A stretch of DNA of 64,000 nucleotides from an uncultured Bacteroidales bacterium. Lineage in GTDB: Bacteria; Bacteroidota; Bacteroidia; Bacteroidales; DTU049. Shown here one piece after another: positions 46,170 to 56,013 of this stretch (position 1 is its first letter; every line of letters begins with the position of its first letter). Made by a program: the position numbers and the translations under genes. The stretch is from positions 23,594 to 87,593 of the forward strand of contig CAZGIW010000002.1 in assembly GCA_964526285.1 (NCBI GenBank), written 5' to 3'. The notes beneath the pieces are model-generated. The model made no database searches and was not told the DNA's origin. It was given only the letters and a program-made list of their open reading frames with translations.

Positions 46170-46566
46170 TTTTCATGATAATAATGTCTGTGATTCCGGT
46201 TATTGGTAATCATCAAAAGTACAAAAAAAACTTTTTGAAAAGAAAATCAACCAAAAAATATTTCCAAATCACTCATGTCCGATTAAACAAAAACTTTTAT
46301 TTCGCTACAGAACCAGTGAATTCTACAAATTCAAACATATGGTTTCTGTGTAATTCCGTGTTTCTCCCGAAGGGATCACGATGTGAAGTGTTTTGTGGCA
46401 AAAAGAAAAAGTGACTCTCCTTGAAGAAGAATAGTCATTATTGTGCGGATTAACAAGATAAACCTGAATAATTATTGTTTTTTGTTGGACACTAGTGTTT
46501 CCAAATAAAAGAAAAAGCAGTGATTCATGTTTGTGTGTTAGAAGCTTGCAAATTCTGCGATTTTTA

Positions 46567-46574
46567 TATCTTTG
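46567..46574 (+). promoter_or_regulatory. candidate -7 box TATCTTTG for the nitroreductase gene
   Basis: Matches the Bacteroidota TAnnTTTG consensus and ends 20 nt before the ATG at 46594. Confidence 0.4.
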
Positions 46575-46593
46575 TGGCAAAAAAGGAATAACT

Positions 46594-47196
46594 ATGAAAA
46601 ACTTAATTGCTCTGATTCTTATTGCTTTTGCACTTCAGTCAACAGCTCAAAGCGAAATTCCCGATGTTCTCACAGTGATTCATTCACGCAAAAGTGTGAG
46701 ACAGTTTACCGAACAGGAAGTAAGCAGAGACAAACTGGAAATTTTGGTCAGAGCAGGTATGGCAGCTCCAACGGCCATGAACAAACAGCCCTGGGCTTTT
46801 GTGGCAATTGATAGCCGTGAAGTTCTTGATCTTCTTTCTGAAGAACTGGGAAACAATCCAATTCTGAAAAGAGCACCCGCTGCCATTGTGGTTTGTGGTG
46901 ACTTGAATAAAGCAGTACCTTCAGTGCCCGATTATTGGGTGCAGGATTGCTCTGCTGCCACACAAAACATCCTTCTTGCCGTGGAAGGCATAGGACTTGG
47001 CGCAGTATGGATTGGTATTTTTCCGCGTGATGAAAGAGTGGAAGCTGTCAGGAAAGTCACCAAACTCCCCGAACATCTGATTCCTCTAAATGTTATTGCA
47101 ATCGGATATCCCACCGGTGCCGAACAACCCAAGGACAAATGGAAACCAGAGAATATGTTCTGGAATGTGTGGGAAGAGAAGATAAAAGAACAATAG
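46594..47196 (+). CDS. nitroreductase family protein
   Basis: The ATG at 46594 gives MKNLIALILIAF. RKSVRQFTEQEV and APTAMNKQPWAFVAI. Confidence 0.8.
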   Translation: MKNLIALILIAFALQSTAQSEIPDVLTVIHSRKSVRQFTEQEVSRDKLEILVRAGMAAPTAMNKQPWAFVAIDSREVLDLLSEELGNNPILKRAPAAIVVCGDLNKAVPSVPDYWVQDCSAATQNILLAVEGIGLGAVWIGIFPRDERVEAVRKVTKLPEHLIPLNVIAIGYPTGAEQPKDKWKPENMFWNVWEEKIKEQ

Positions 47197-47222
47197 AATT
47201 CTCTTTCATCCACCTTCGGGGT

Positions 47223-47278
47223 ATTTTCCTCCTTCATTCACTTTCAGTGAATTTTCCTCCTTCATTCACTTTCAGTGA
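47223..47278 (+). repeat. 2 x 28-nt perfect tandem repeat, each unit carrying a small hairpin
   Basis: ATTTTCCTCCTTCATTCACTTTCAGTGA occurs twice back to back. Each unit contains TTCACT-TTC-AGTGAA. Confidence 0.85.
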
Positions 47279-47553
47279 ATTACGGGGAACAAAGTCAGAG
47301 AACGAAGCAATAGAACAATAGAAAAAATAAAATAGAAAATTGGATTTGGGAGTTATTAAATTGGATAATTAGTAATTCGTAAAATTAGTTATTCGTTGTT
47401 AGTAGTGCAAATTCGTAGAATTTGTCCCATAGGGATCCCGATCCCATCGGGACAAGTTGGGATATTTAGTAGAGCAGATTAGTAGTAGTAAGAATAATAA
47501 TCGCAATGAATTGATTTTTTTTTACTTTTGTTGCAAAGTTTCAAATAAAAAAA

Positions 47554-48315
47554 ATGCTACTCGGAAAAAAAATCATTGTCGTCTTTCCAGCCTATAATGC
47601 AGAAAAAACCATAGCCGATACATACAGGGAAATTCCTTTTGATATTGTGGATGATGTTATTTTGGTTGATGATTGCAGTCATGACAATACCATTGCCGTT
47701 GCAGAAAAACTAGGAATTAAGCATATTCATCGTCATGAAAAAAACAAAGGCTATGGAGGGAATCAGAAAACCTGTTACGATACCGCCCTCTCTTTGGGTG
47801 CAGATATTGTGATTATGCTTCATCCTGATTATCAATATACTCCAAAACTCATTCCTTCGATGGCATATTTGATTGCAAAGGGAATTTATCCGGTAGTTTT
47901 GGGTTCGCGGATTCTTGGAAATGGTGCATTAAGAGGAGGAATGCCATTTTATAAGTATGTGTTTAACCGTATGCTGACTGTGTTTCAGAATATTCTCATT
48001 GGTGCCAAACTTTCTGAATATCACACTGGTTATCGGGCATTTTCGGCCGAAGTGCTCAGAAAAATTAACTATCAGGCCAATTCAGATGATTTTATATTTG
48101 ATAATCAGATGCTTTCACAAATTCTGTATGCAGGTTATGAGATTGCTGAGGTGACATGTCCCACAAAATACTTTGAAGATGCTTCATCAATCAACTTCAG
48201 AAGAAGTGTTAAATATGGACTGGGAGTAATCGCTACATCAGTAAAACATAGACTGCAGATTTGGGGACTTACAAACTATGAAATTTACAAGAGCAAAGAA
48301 AAGGATGGAGAATAG
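47554..48315 (+). CDS. family 2 glycosyltransferase (dolichyl-phosphate-mannose-synthase-like)
   Basis: IIVVFPAYNAEKTI, VILVDDCSHDNT and MLHPDYQY. Confidence 0.8.
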   Translation: MLLGKKIIVVFPAYNAEKTIADTYREIPFDIVDDVILVDDCSHDNTIAVAEKLGIKHIHRHEKNKGYGGNQKTCYDTALSLGADIVIMLHPDYQYTPKLIPSMAYLIAKGIYPVVLGSRILGNGALRGGMPFYKYVFNRMLTVFQNILIGAKLSEYHTGYRAFSAEVLRKINYQANSDDFIFDNQMLSQILYAGYEIAEVTCPTKYFEDASSINFRRSVKYGLGVIATSVKHRLQIWGLTNYEIYKSKEKDGE

Positions 48316-49288
48316 AAAAACTGAGTGTCTCAATTGCCAGTCTCATTCTTGTGAAGAATTCTTAATTGCCGGAGATATTTTCGGGAATGTTCATACTTAT
48401 CTAAAATGCTTAAGCTGCGGACTGGTTTATATGTGGCCGCTTCCCAGTGAGGAAATGCTTGTTCAGGCATACAACACAGACTATTACGGAGAGGGCAGTG
48501 AGGAAAAATTTTCAGTCTCATTCATTGTCAAACTTATTGACAGTTTTGCAAAGAAAAGGGCAAAACGTTTTGCAAAACATCTGACAAACGGCGACAGAAT
48601 TATGGATGTTGGTTGCGGAAATGGCAGATTTCTTGAGCACATGTATAAAATGAAACGAAATTTCGAACTAAACGGAATTGAAATGGATGCGCGAGCAGCA
48701 TTGCGGGCTTCAAGCCGGCTGAAAGCCAAAGCCTGGATACACACTGTGACAGACATTGATAAATTTTTTGGTGCGAATTCGTTCAATGCTTTGAGCTATA
48801 TTCATGTTTTTGAGCATCTTCCAAATCCAACTGAAGTCATGAATCAGTTGCAGCGTGTTATTCGTTCCGACGGACACGTATTAATTGTAATCCCAAATAT
48901 TGAAAGTACTCAGGCAAGAAAATATAAACACAACTGGTTACATCTGGACCCACCGAGACATTTGAATTTTTGTCCTCCCCAATTGCTCATTGATGAAATG
49001 GGAAAAAGAGGATTTGTGCTTGTTGGCAGAAGATATACTGACTGGGAACAAAACCCATTTGGTGCTGTGCAGAGCATGCTCAATGTGATTACTGCAAAAA
49101 GAGATGTGTTGTTTGAAAGACTAAAAGGAAATAAAAACTATGCCCCAAAATATAAGGCATTCCGTGTTTTCCTGATGAAGCTTTTTTGGGTCACTTCAAT
49201 GCCTTTTTGTATGATTTCCGACCTGATTGCTGCAACACGAAACAAAAGTGCCACTGTTGAAATGATATTTCAGAAAAAAATGGAGTAG
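48278..49288 (+). CDS. class I SAM-dependent methyltransferase with N-terminal zinc ribbon
   Basis: CLNCQS...CLSCG, then SAM motif I IMDVGCGNGRFLE. An alternative ATG lies at 48305. Confidence 0.75.
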   Translation: MKFTRAKKRMENRKTECLNCQSHSCEEFLIAGDIFGNVHTYLKCLSCGLVYMWPLPSEEMLVQAYNTDYYGEGSEEKFSVSFIVKLIDSFAKKRAKRFAKHLTNGDRIMDVGCGNGRFLEHMYKMKRNFELNGIEMDARAALRASSRLKAKAWIHTVTDIDKFFGANSFNALSYIHVFEHLPNPTEVMNQLQRVIRSDGHVLIVIPNIESTQARKYKHNWLHLDPPRHLNFCPPQLLIDEMGKRGFVLVGRRYTDWEQNPFGAVQSMLNVITAKRDVLFERLKGNKNYAPKYKAFRVFLMKLFWVTSMPFCMISDLIAATRNKSATVEMIFQKKME

Positions 49289-49383
49289 AAAAAGTGTCAC
49301 TATTAAGTACATTTTTATAAGCCACGAATACTTCGATATTTCTCAATTTATCATTTATTACAATTTATGCCGATTTATCATAA

Positions 49384-49537
49384 TGCCACGAGCTTCAGCA
49401 GTATGTCAGAAAAAATGAGAAAAAGAAAAAAAACGAATCAGTAGCAAATAGTGGTTTTTTATTTTTTTCAATTGAATGACCTTTTTTTCTATCAACACAA
49501 CTTCAGTTGTGTTGGAGCAGAATACATTGCATTCAAC
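49384..49537 (+). repeat. 154-nt repeat, near-identical second copy of 43197-43349
   Basis: Base-by-base comparison shows about 5 differences, including one 1-nt indel. Contains the TATCAACACAACTTCAGTTGTGTTGG hairpin at 49490. Confidence 0.85.
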
Positions 49538-49590
49538 GAATATTCTGATATTGCCACGAGCTTCAGCAGTATGTCTGAAAAATGAGAAAA
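49538..49590 (+). repeat. partial repeat unit (TTGCCACGAGCTTCAGCAGTATGTCTGAAAAATGAGAAAA module)
   Basis: Third copy of this module in the window (see 43196 and 49384). It abuts the stop of psd. Confidence 0.7.
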
Positions 49591-49598
49591 TGGAAAAA

Positions 49599-50261
49599 CT
49601 AAATCAGTCTTGCAATTGCAGTTTCCAGTCCTTTGGTTTTATCACCAATTTTTACAAGTACTTCACTCCCCACAGGCAAAATGACATCCACTCTGCTGCC
49701 AAAACGAATAAACCCAAGTTCATCTCCCTTTTTGCACACATCTCCCGATTTGAGAAAGGGTATAATGCGTCGGGCAACAATTCCGGCAATCTGCTTCACA
49801 ACGATGGTTTTTCCATACTGATTTTTAAATACCGCACACACCATTTCGTTGAGCATGGATGATTTGGGATTTCGGGCAAGAAGATATTTGCCTGGAAGAT
49901 ATGTCACCTCTTCAGCAGTGCCGTCAATGGGAACCCAGTTTAAATGGACATTATAGGGCGACATAAAAATTGAAATCTGAATGCCTGGAGCTTTCATGAA
50001 ACGGTCATTATCCACATTCTCAATTGTAACAATAAGCCCGTCGGCAGGCGCTACAACAACATTGTCTTCAATGTGAAGTGGTGTGCGACTGGGATATCTG
50101 AAAAAGCGTATAACCAAAACAAGCAGAACAAGTGAAGGAATGATAAAAACAAGTAACCAGTATAATGCAATGGGCAAAAGTATCCATAGAAGCACATTGA
50201 CAGAAGTCAGCAAAAGAACAGTAATAGCAATAATTTTATATCCCAGAGGATGAATTCTCAT
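49599..50261 (-). CDS. psd: phosphatidylserine decarboxylase proenzyme (short form)
   Basis: N-terminal TM segments. GDELGFIRFGSRVDV carries the self-cleavage G-S motif. The ATG at 50261 is preferred over the TTG at 50279. Confidence 0.85.
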   Translation of the reverse strand: MRIHPLGYKIIAITVLLLTSVNVLLWILLPIALYWLLVFIIPSLVLLVLVIRFFRYPSRTPLHIEDNVVVAPADGLIVTIENVDNDRFMKAPGIQISIFMSPYNVHLNWVPIDGTAEEVTYLPGKYLLARNPKSSMLNEMVCAVFKNQYGKTIVVKQIAGIVARRIIPFLKSGDVCKKGDELGFIRFGSRVDVILPVGSEVLVKIGDKTKGLETAIARLI

Positions 50262-50342
50262 GTGTAATTTTTTTTGCAAAAATAGTTAAAATTAGTGGCT
50301 TATAAAAAAACGTACTGAATGGTTAAAGAGATATTACTTTAA

Positions 50343-51158
50343 CTATCTCACAACCAGAAACAAATACAAAATAAACGGTATAGTTGCAAAAAACACTGAA
50401 TCGAATCTGTCAAGTACTCCACCATGTCCGGGGAATAATGTGCCGCTGTCTTTCACATCTGCCTTTCTCTTTAAAACCGATTCAAACATATCGCCAAAAG
50501 TTGAGAAGAAGATAATAACCACACCTGCTCCAATGGCTTTTATATCATCCATTTGCACAAACAGTCTGTTGGCAAAAAACAGAAGAATCAGTGTCAGTAT
50601 GGTTCCTCCAATGAGACCCTCCCATGTTTTTTTGGGTGAAATTTTTTCACAGAGTTTGTGTTTGCCAAACAGCATTCCACAGCAATAGGCAAGAGTATCA
50701 TATGCCCATATGATTGAAAAAAGTGCAACAATGTATAGGGTTTTGCTTTCAGGATGAAGTCCGTAAAGAAGGACCAGGCTGCTCATGGGGACAGCCAGAT
50801 AGAAAATGCTAAATAGTGTGATGGCAGAATTTTTCAATGAATTTTCCTGGTTTCTGAACATTTCCAAAATTGGAATCATGAGAATTGATGTGAGCAGAAA
50901 TGGCCAGAATAAAATAAAATAATCCTGAAAAAAGTGTATTGATATAATACTGAGAAACATAGTAAAAGCTCCTGTGTATATAAGCGGAGGAGAAAGGTGG
51001 ATACTTGACTTTTTGAGCAGCAACATCAATTCCGAAACGGCAATAAACAAAAACAAGAGCATTACAAGAGCAAAAGCTGCTGAATGAACGAGAACAGATC
51101 CGATAACCAGAGCAATAAAAACGATTCCTGTGAGAGTTCTTGTGATGACCTGTTTCAT
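50343..51158 (-). CDS. cdsA: phosphatidate cytidylyltransferase
   Basis: SPKKTWEG and GDMFESVLKRKADVKDSGTLFPGHGGVLDRFDS. Confidence 0.9.
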   Translation of the reverse strand: MKQVITRTLTGIVFIALVIGSVLVHSAAFALVMLLFLFIAVSELMLLLKKSSIHLSPPLIYTGAFTMFLSIISIHFFQDYFILFWPFLLTSILMIPILEMFRNQENSLKNSAITLFSIFYLAVPMSSLVLLYGLHPESKTLYIVALFSIIWAYDTLAYCCGMLFGKHKLCEKISPKKTWEGLIGGTILTLILLFFANRLFVQMDDIKAIGAGVVIIFFSTFGDMFESVLKRKADVKDSGTLFPGHGGVLDRFDSVFFATIPFILYLFLVVR

Positions 51159-51808
51159 TATGAGATTTTATCAATAAGAAAAACGAAAACCTGAGCGGGG
51201 CCATGGGCTCCCATCACCAACTGCTTTTCAATGTCCGCTGTGCGACTGGGACCGGTAATTACACTTACCAAAGAAGGGTAATTTTCACTGTATTTTTCTT
51301 TAATAAGTTTGTAGGCCTGGGTCAGTCCTTCCACTACCTGTTCAGTTGCAGCAATGACAATATGAGAATGGCAATAACTCCATGCAAGTCTGTCGGGACA
51401 AACGGTTGTTGAAATAACAATGCTTCCTGTTCGGGCTGCAAGATATTCACAGCGAGTGATGCTTACCTCTTCTCCAGTGGAGGATTCGGGCTGAATAATC
51501 ATGTTCTCTGGCAAGCCAGTAAAATCTAAAATGGCTTTACTTCCAATTCTGAATTTGTTCCAGTTATACTGATCAATCATCGCATTGAACTGAATGTGAA
51601 AATCATTCACATCTTCGCAAAAAACAAAACTACCTCCTGCTTCCATAAACTTTCTGGCAAATACCAACTCAGGCATCTCATCAATTTGAGTGAATACATC
51701 CATGCTCAGGTCTTCATCCTCATATGGATGTTCTTTTTGAACAAGCAGAGCATCTCTGATTTTTTTCAGCATGGTTTCGCGAGCGATGATTTCTTCTCTC
51801 TGTCCCAT
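51158..51808 (-). CDS. LUD-domain (LutC/YkgG-like) protein
   Basis: ITRCEYLAARTGSIVIS and VITGPSRTADIE are typical of the lactate-utilisation B/C (LUD) domain. Confidence 0.7.
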   Translation of the reverse strand: MGQREEIIARETMLKKIRDALLVQKEHPYEDEDLSMDVFTQIDEMPELVFARKFMEAGGSFVFCEDVNDFHIQFNAMIDQYNWNKFRIGSKAILDFTGLPENMIIQPESSTGEEVSITRCEYLAARTGSIVISTTVCPDRLAWSYCHSHIVIAATEQVVEGLTQAYKLIKEKYSENYPSLVSVITGPSRTADIEKQLVMGAHGPAQVFVFLIDKIS

Positions 51809-51817
51809 ATTGATTAT

Positions 51818-54010
51818 TTATTGTGGCTTTTCTTCTGATTCCTTTTCTTCATCTTTCATATCTTCGTCAAAAAGACCCTTCTGTTTTCTTACTTTTTTTG
51901 CAAATTCTTTCAGACTTGATGATTCTTCTTTTTTGTTGTCAGTGCTCTCTTTTTTTTGCTCAGTAGATTTTGCTGATATTGCGTCTGTTTTTCTGTCATT
52001 ATCAGTTTTTGTTTCTTCTGGTTTTTCACCTGCTCTTCTTCCAAAAATTTCCTCAACATCTTCCTTAAATATCACCTCTTTTGTAAGCAAACGATTGGCC
52101 AGTTCTTCCACTTTTTCCTTGTTTTCAATAATCAGTTTTTTAGCTGTCTGATATGCTTTTTCCACAAGTTTGCTCGATTCTTCGTCAATGACTTCAGCTG
52201 TTTTTTCGCTGTATGGCTTTTGAAATACATATTCCTGAGCACCTGAACTGTCAAAGAAACTCAGGTTGCCGATTTTATCATTCAATCCAAAAAAGCTTAC
52301 AGCGGCATATGCCTGTTTGGTTACTCTTTCAAGGTCATTGAGTGCACCGGTAGAAACTCTTCCAAAAATTACATCCTCAGCAGCTCTCCCTCCCAATGTG
52401 GCAATCATTTCGTCAAACAACTGGTCAAAAGTGGTTATTTGTCTCTCCTCTGGCAAGTACCAGGCTGCTCCCAGTGCTTTGCCACGCGGAACAATAGTAA
52501 CTTTTACAAGTGGATGAGCATGTGGCAGAAGCCAGCTAACAGATGCATGACCGGCTTCATGAAAGGCTATTACTTTCTTTTCATCAGGAGAGATAATTTT
52601 ATTACGTTTTTCAAGTCCGCCAATGATACGATCAACAGCATCCAGAAAATCCTGCTTTCCAACAAGTTTCTTGTTTCTTCTTGCTGCAATAAGAGCTGCT
52701 TCGTTACAAACATTGGCAATATCAGCCCCTGAAAAACCAGGTGTTTGTTTGGAAAGAAAGGATGCAACAACATCTTCTTCAAGTTTAAGAGGTCTGAGGT
52801 GCACTTTAAAAATGTCTTCACGTTCGTTTAAATCAGGTAATTCAACGTGAATCATGCGATCAAAACGACCTGCCCGCATCAATGCTTTATCAAGAATATC
52901 AGCTCTGTTTGTTGCAGCAAGAATAATTACGCCATTATTTGATGAGAATCCGTCCATCTCGGTAAGGAGCTGGTTAAGGGTGTTTTCTCTTTCATCGTTA
53001 CCGCCAGTGATGGCGTTCTTTCCACGAGCACGACCAATTGCATCAATTTCATCAATAAATACAATGCATGGTGCTTTTTCTTTGGCTTGTTTAAATAAAT
53101 CACGCACGCGTGATGCACCAACTCCCACAAACATTTCAACAAAATCAGATCCAGACATACTGAAAAATGGGACTTTCGCTTCACCAGCAACAGCTTTAGC
53201 CAACAAAGTTTTTCCGGTGCCGGGAGGGCCCACAAGAAGCACTCCCTTGGGGATTTTTCCGCCAAGCACAGTGTATTTCTTAGGACTTTTTAGAAAATCA
53301 ACAATTTCAACAATTTCAACCTTGGCTTCGTCCAAACCAGCCACATCTTTAAATGTTACAGCAACAGATGAATCCTTGTCAAACAACTGTGCTTTTGATT
53401 TGCCTACATTAAATATGCCTCCCGCTCCTCCCGAACCACGAGTCATTGATCTCATTATCAGTATCCAGATAACAATAAAAAACCCAATAGGTATCAGCCA
53501 GCTGAAAACATCTCCAGTCCAGTTTCTTCTTGTTTCAGGGGTGAGCTCAATCCTGCTTTCCTTTTCAATTTGTTCCAGTTGAGCAGGTGATTTACCAACT
53601 GTATCACGCCTGAAACGCTTATCTTCCAACTCTTTGATGTTTGACTCAAAGGATTCAATGGTGATAAATTTCATTTTGTAATGTGGCCCTTCGCTCACAT
53701 CTTTTCCCCATGATCCTTCGGCCACATCCTTATATGTAGTGTCTGATTTCAATAACTCAGGTTTGATAAATATTTCAGCATAATCCTTATTTACTACCAA
53801 AATCTTTTGATGATGATCCTGCATTACAATCTTTTCAAACTTTGTCCAGGTAATTTCTTCTATGGACTTGGGAGAGTTGAAAAAATACATCGCTATCAGA
53901 ACAACAGCAATGATGATGTATATTGTGTAGAAATTAAATTTTTTGCCACCTGAAGGTTGTGGCATATTTCCTTTACTGTTTCTTCCGTCAGTATTACGTC
54001 TTTCTGTCAT
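51818..54010 (-). CDS. ftsH: ATP-dependent zinc metalloprotease FtsH
   Basis: [18 protein letters not shown], Walker [19 protein letters not shown]. Acidic/Lys-rich C-terminal extension. Confidence 0.95.
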   Translation of the reverse strand: MTERRNTDGRNSKGNMPQPSGGKKFNFYTIYIIIAVVLIAMYFFNSPKSIEEITWTKFEKIVMQDHHQKILVVNKDYAEIFIKPELLKSDTTYKDVAEGSWGKDVSEGPHYKMKFITIESFESNIKELEDKRFRRDTVGKSPAQLEQIEKESRIELTPETRRNWTGDVFSWLIPIGFFIVIWILIMRSMTRGSGGAGGIFNVGKSKAQLFDKDSSVAVTFKDVAGLDEAKVEIVEIVDFLKSPKKYTVLGGKIPKGVLLVGPPGTGKTLLAKAVAGEAKVPFFSMSGSDFVEMFVGVGASRVRDLFKQAKEKAPCIVFIDEIDAIGRARGKNAITGGNDERENTLNQLLTEMDGFSSNNGVIILAATNRADILDKALMRAGRFDRMIHVELPDLNEREDIFKVHLRPLKLEEDVVASFLSKQTPGFSGADIANVCNEAALIAARRNKKLVGKQDFLDAVDRIIGGLEKRNKIISPDEKKVIAFHEAGHASVSWLLPHAHPLVKVTIVPRGKALGAAWYLPEERQITTFDQLFDEMIATLGGRAAEDVIFGRVSTGALNDLERVTKQAYAAVSFFGLNDKIGNLSFFDSSGAQEYVFQKPYSEKTAEVIDEESSKLVEKAYQTAKKLIIENKEKVEELANRLLTKEVIFKEDVEEIFGRRAGEKPEETKTDNDRKTDAISAKSTEQKKESTDNKKEESSSLKEFAKKVRKQKGLFDEDMKDEEKESEEKPQ

Positions 54011-54025
54011 TTTGTCAGTGTTAGA

Positions 54026-54367
54026 TTAATTGTCTTCAATACGTGATACAATGGCATCTGCCCACAAATCTTCCAGTTTGTAAAAATTTCTTGATTCCTC
54101 ATTAAAGACATGTACAATAATATCTCCGTAGTCCATCAAAACCCATTCCATGTTGTTTTTTCCTTCTATATGAAGGGGATGCTGTTTTTGTTTTTTTCTC
54201 ATTTCACGGTCAATATTATCAACAATCGCTTCTATCTGGGGTGATGAAGTGCCATGACAAATCACAAAACCGGAAAACAAAACTTCATTAAGACCCGAAA
54301 AATCAATAACCACAATGTCTGCTCCCTTCTTTTCACGTATTGCATCAACAATCACTTGTGTATCCAT
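54026..54367 (-). CDS. rsfS: ribosome silencing factor
   Basis: 113 aa. KKGADIVVIDFSG...FVICHGTS..Q..AI...I......EG......WVLMDYGDIIVHVF. Confidence 0.85.
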   Translation of the reverse strand: MDTQVIVDAIREKKGADIVVIDFSGLNEVLFSGFVICHGTSSPQIEAIVDNIDREMRKKQKQHPLHIEGKNNMEWVLMDYGDIIVHVFNEESRNFYKLEDLWADAIVSRIEDN

Positions 54368-54497
54368 ACTTTTATTTTTAACTCTGCAAAGGTAGTATAA
54401 TTCATTTATATATTCTTAAATTAACATTATAAATCAATCAAGATCTGCGCCGGCTGATTTTTTTCTACATTGTTCTAAAATCATTAATTTTGCATGT

Positions 54498-55244
54498 ATG
54501 ATGAAAAGAAAAGCTCATTTTGTTTTTGTTGAGCAAACCGAATCCACAAATGTGTATTTGCAAAAACTCCTGTTCACAGATGAACCGGAGCAGTTTACAG
54601 TTGTATGGACTGATAATCAGACCAAAGGGAAGGGACAGGGAAATAATAAATGGGTGTCTGAACCAGGCAAAAACCTTACTTTTTCACTTCTGTTTAAAAC
54701 AGAGAATATGCCTCCGGAAAATTTGTTTATTATTAATAAAAGCATTGCTCTGTCTCTTGTGCAGTATCTGAATAAACAATATCAGCTCGATGCTGCTGTT
54801 AAGTGGCCCAATGATATTATTGTGAGCAACATGAAAATTGCAGGGATACTCATTGATAATTTTTTTGTGGGTGAACATATTTTTTGCATTATCGGAATTG
54901 GGATTAATATCAATCAGACCGAATTTCAATCAATGCAACTGCCGGCTGTTTCTTTAAAAAATATTATGGGAAATGATTACATCATCAAACAATGTCTTAA
55001 CCAACTGACAGAAATTTTAATCAGTAATTTAATTAAAACCGAATCGGAAGACAGAAATATCATTGTAGGGGATTATGATGAGTATTTGTTATTCAGAAAT
55101 ATTGAGCGGAGTTATATGTATAACAACTGCAAAGTGACAGGTGTAATTGAAGGTGTGAACAATTCAGGGCAACTGGTTTTTAGAAACAGTCTCACTGGGA
55201 AAACTGATTTTATTGATCACGGAAATTTTGGCTATAATTTGTAA
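54498..55244 (+). CDS. birA: biotin--[acetyl-CoA-carboxylase] ligase (group I, no HTH)
   Basis: QTKGKGQGNNKWVSEPGKNL (GRGRxGRxW-like loop) and KWPNDI..S..KIAGIL. Confidence 0.8.
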   Translation: MMKRKAHFVFVEQTESTNVYLQKLLFTDEPEQFTVVWTDNQTKGKGQGNNKWVSEPGKNLTFSLLFKTENMPPENLFIINKSIALSLVQYLNKQYQLDAAVKWPNDIIVSNMKIAGILIDNFFVGEHIFCIIGIGININQTEFQSMQLPAVSLKNIMGNDYIIKQCLNQLTEILISNLIKTESEDRNIIVGDYDEYLLFRNIERSYMYNNCKVTGVIEGVNNSGQLVFRNSLTGKTDFIDHGNFGYNL

Positions 55245-55250
55245 AGAAAA

Positions 55251-55913
55251 ATGAAACCCATTCGAAGCTCACTCAATATTGTTCTGATGATTTTATATAT
55301 TGTGCTGTATCTTATTGCTCCGGCAGTGTTTCTCTTTTTAGGTTTGGACAGAGTTGAAATGCATGGATTTTTCAGAGTAACATATGCTTTTGCCGGAATA
55401 GGGATGTTGTTTTTTATTATCAGTGGAATGGTGCTGATTTTTAAATATTTTCCTCACAAAACCACAAGGAGTTTACTGATAATCATGCCGGTTGTTTTGA
55501 ATTATGTGTTGTATTTTGTTTTCAACAGGACTGATGATTTTCTGAATATCTTCATAATAAACTCATCAATTGTGTTTTCATCTTTGGTGTTTTCAATATT
55601 CATATCCACATTTCTTATTCCCTGGGATGCAGAAAAATCATTGAAGAATAAAGAAGAAACTTCCAATCTCAAATCATTAAAAGATAATTTGCGATATTTA
55701 AAAAAGAACCCAGTGCTATGGATAAGTTTTGCTGTGTTTTTGCTGCCTCTTATGGCAGCCGTTCATTTTTTTTCAATGGGTTTGATTTTGGTTTTTTCAG
55801 GACAATTGCAAATTGAAACAATAGTATCAGTGATTTTGTTTGTTGCTGCATTTTCAAATGTCAGTGTATTTCACATACGTGAAACAATGAAACATTTTTT
55901 GGATAAGGATTGA
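55251..55913 (+). CDS. hypothetical integral membrane protein
   Basis: About six hydrophobic segments. No family recognised. Confidence 0.5.
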   Translation: MKPIRSSLNIVLMILYIVLYLIAPAVFLFLGLDRVEMHGFFRVTYAFAGIGMLFFIISGMVLIFKYFPHKTTRSLLIIMPVVLNYVLYFVFNRTDDFLNIFIINSSIVFSSLVFSIFISTFLIPWDAEKSLKNKEETSNLKSLKDNLRYLKKNPVLWISFAVFLLPLMAAVHFFSMGLILVFSGQLQIETIVSVILFVAAFSNVSVFHIRETMKHFLDKD

Positions 55914-56013
55914 TTAAAAAAAAATCGGACAACAAAGGGAAAATCTTATTCAAATACTTTTGTTGTTGAAAAAAAATTATATTTGCTGAATATTAACAAA
56001 AAACCATTGAGTT

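Noticed and set aside
52854-53582. 242-aa plus-strand ORF (and neighbours 51771..52151, 52266..52850) antisense to ftsH
   Set aside because: These are shadow ORFs opposite a highly conserved gene. Their Ser/Pro/Ile-rich low-complexity translations are typical of antisense frames.
55914-56013. tRNA gene or att site marking the left border of the defence island
   Set aside because: I read this spacer and 57877-58281 on both strands. I could not find a cloverleaf, a GTTCGAATC-type T-arm or direct repeats matching the far end. The right border lies outside the window.
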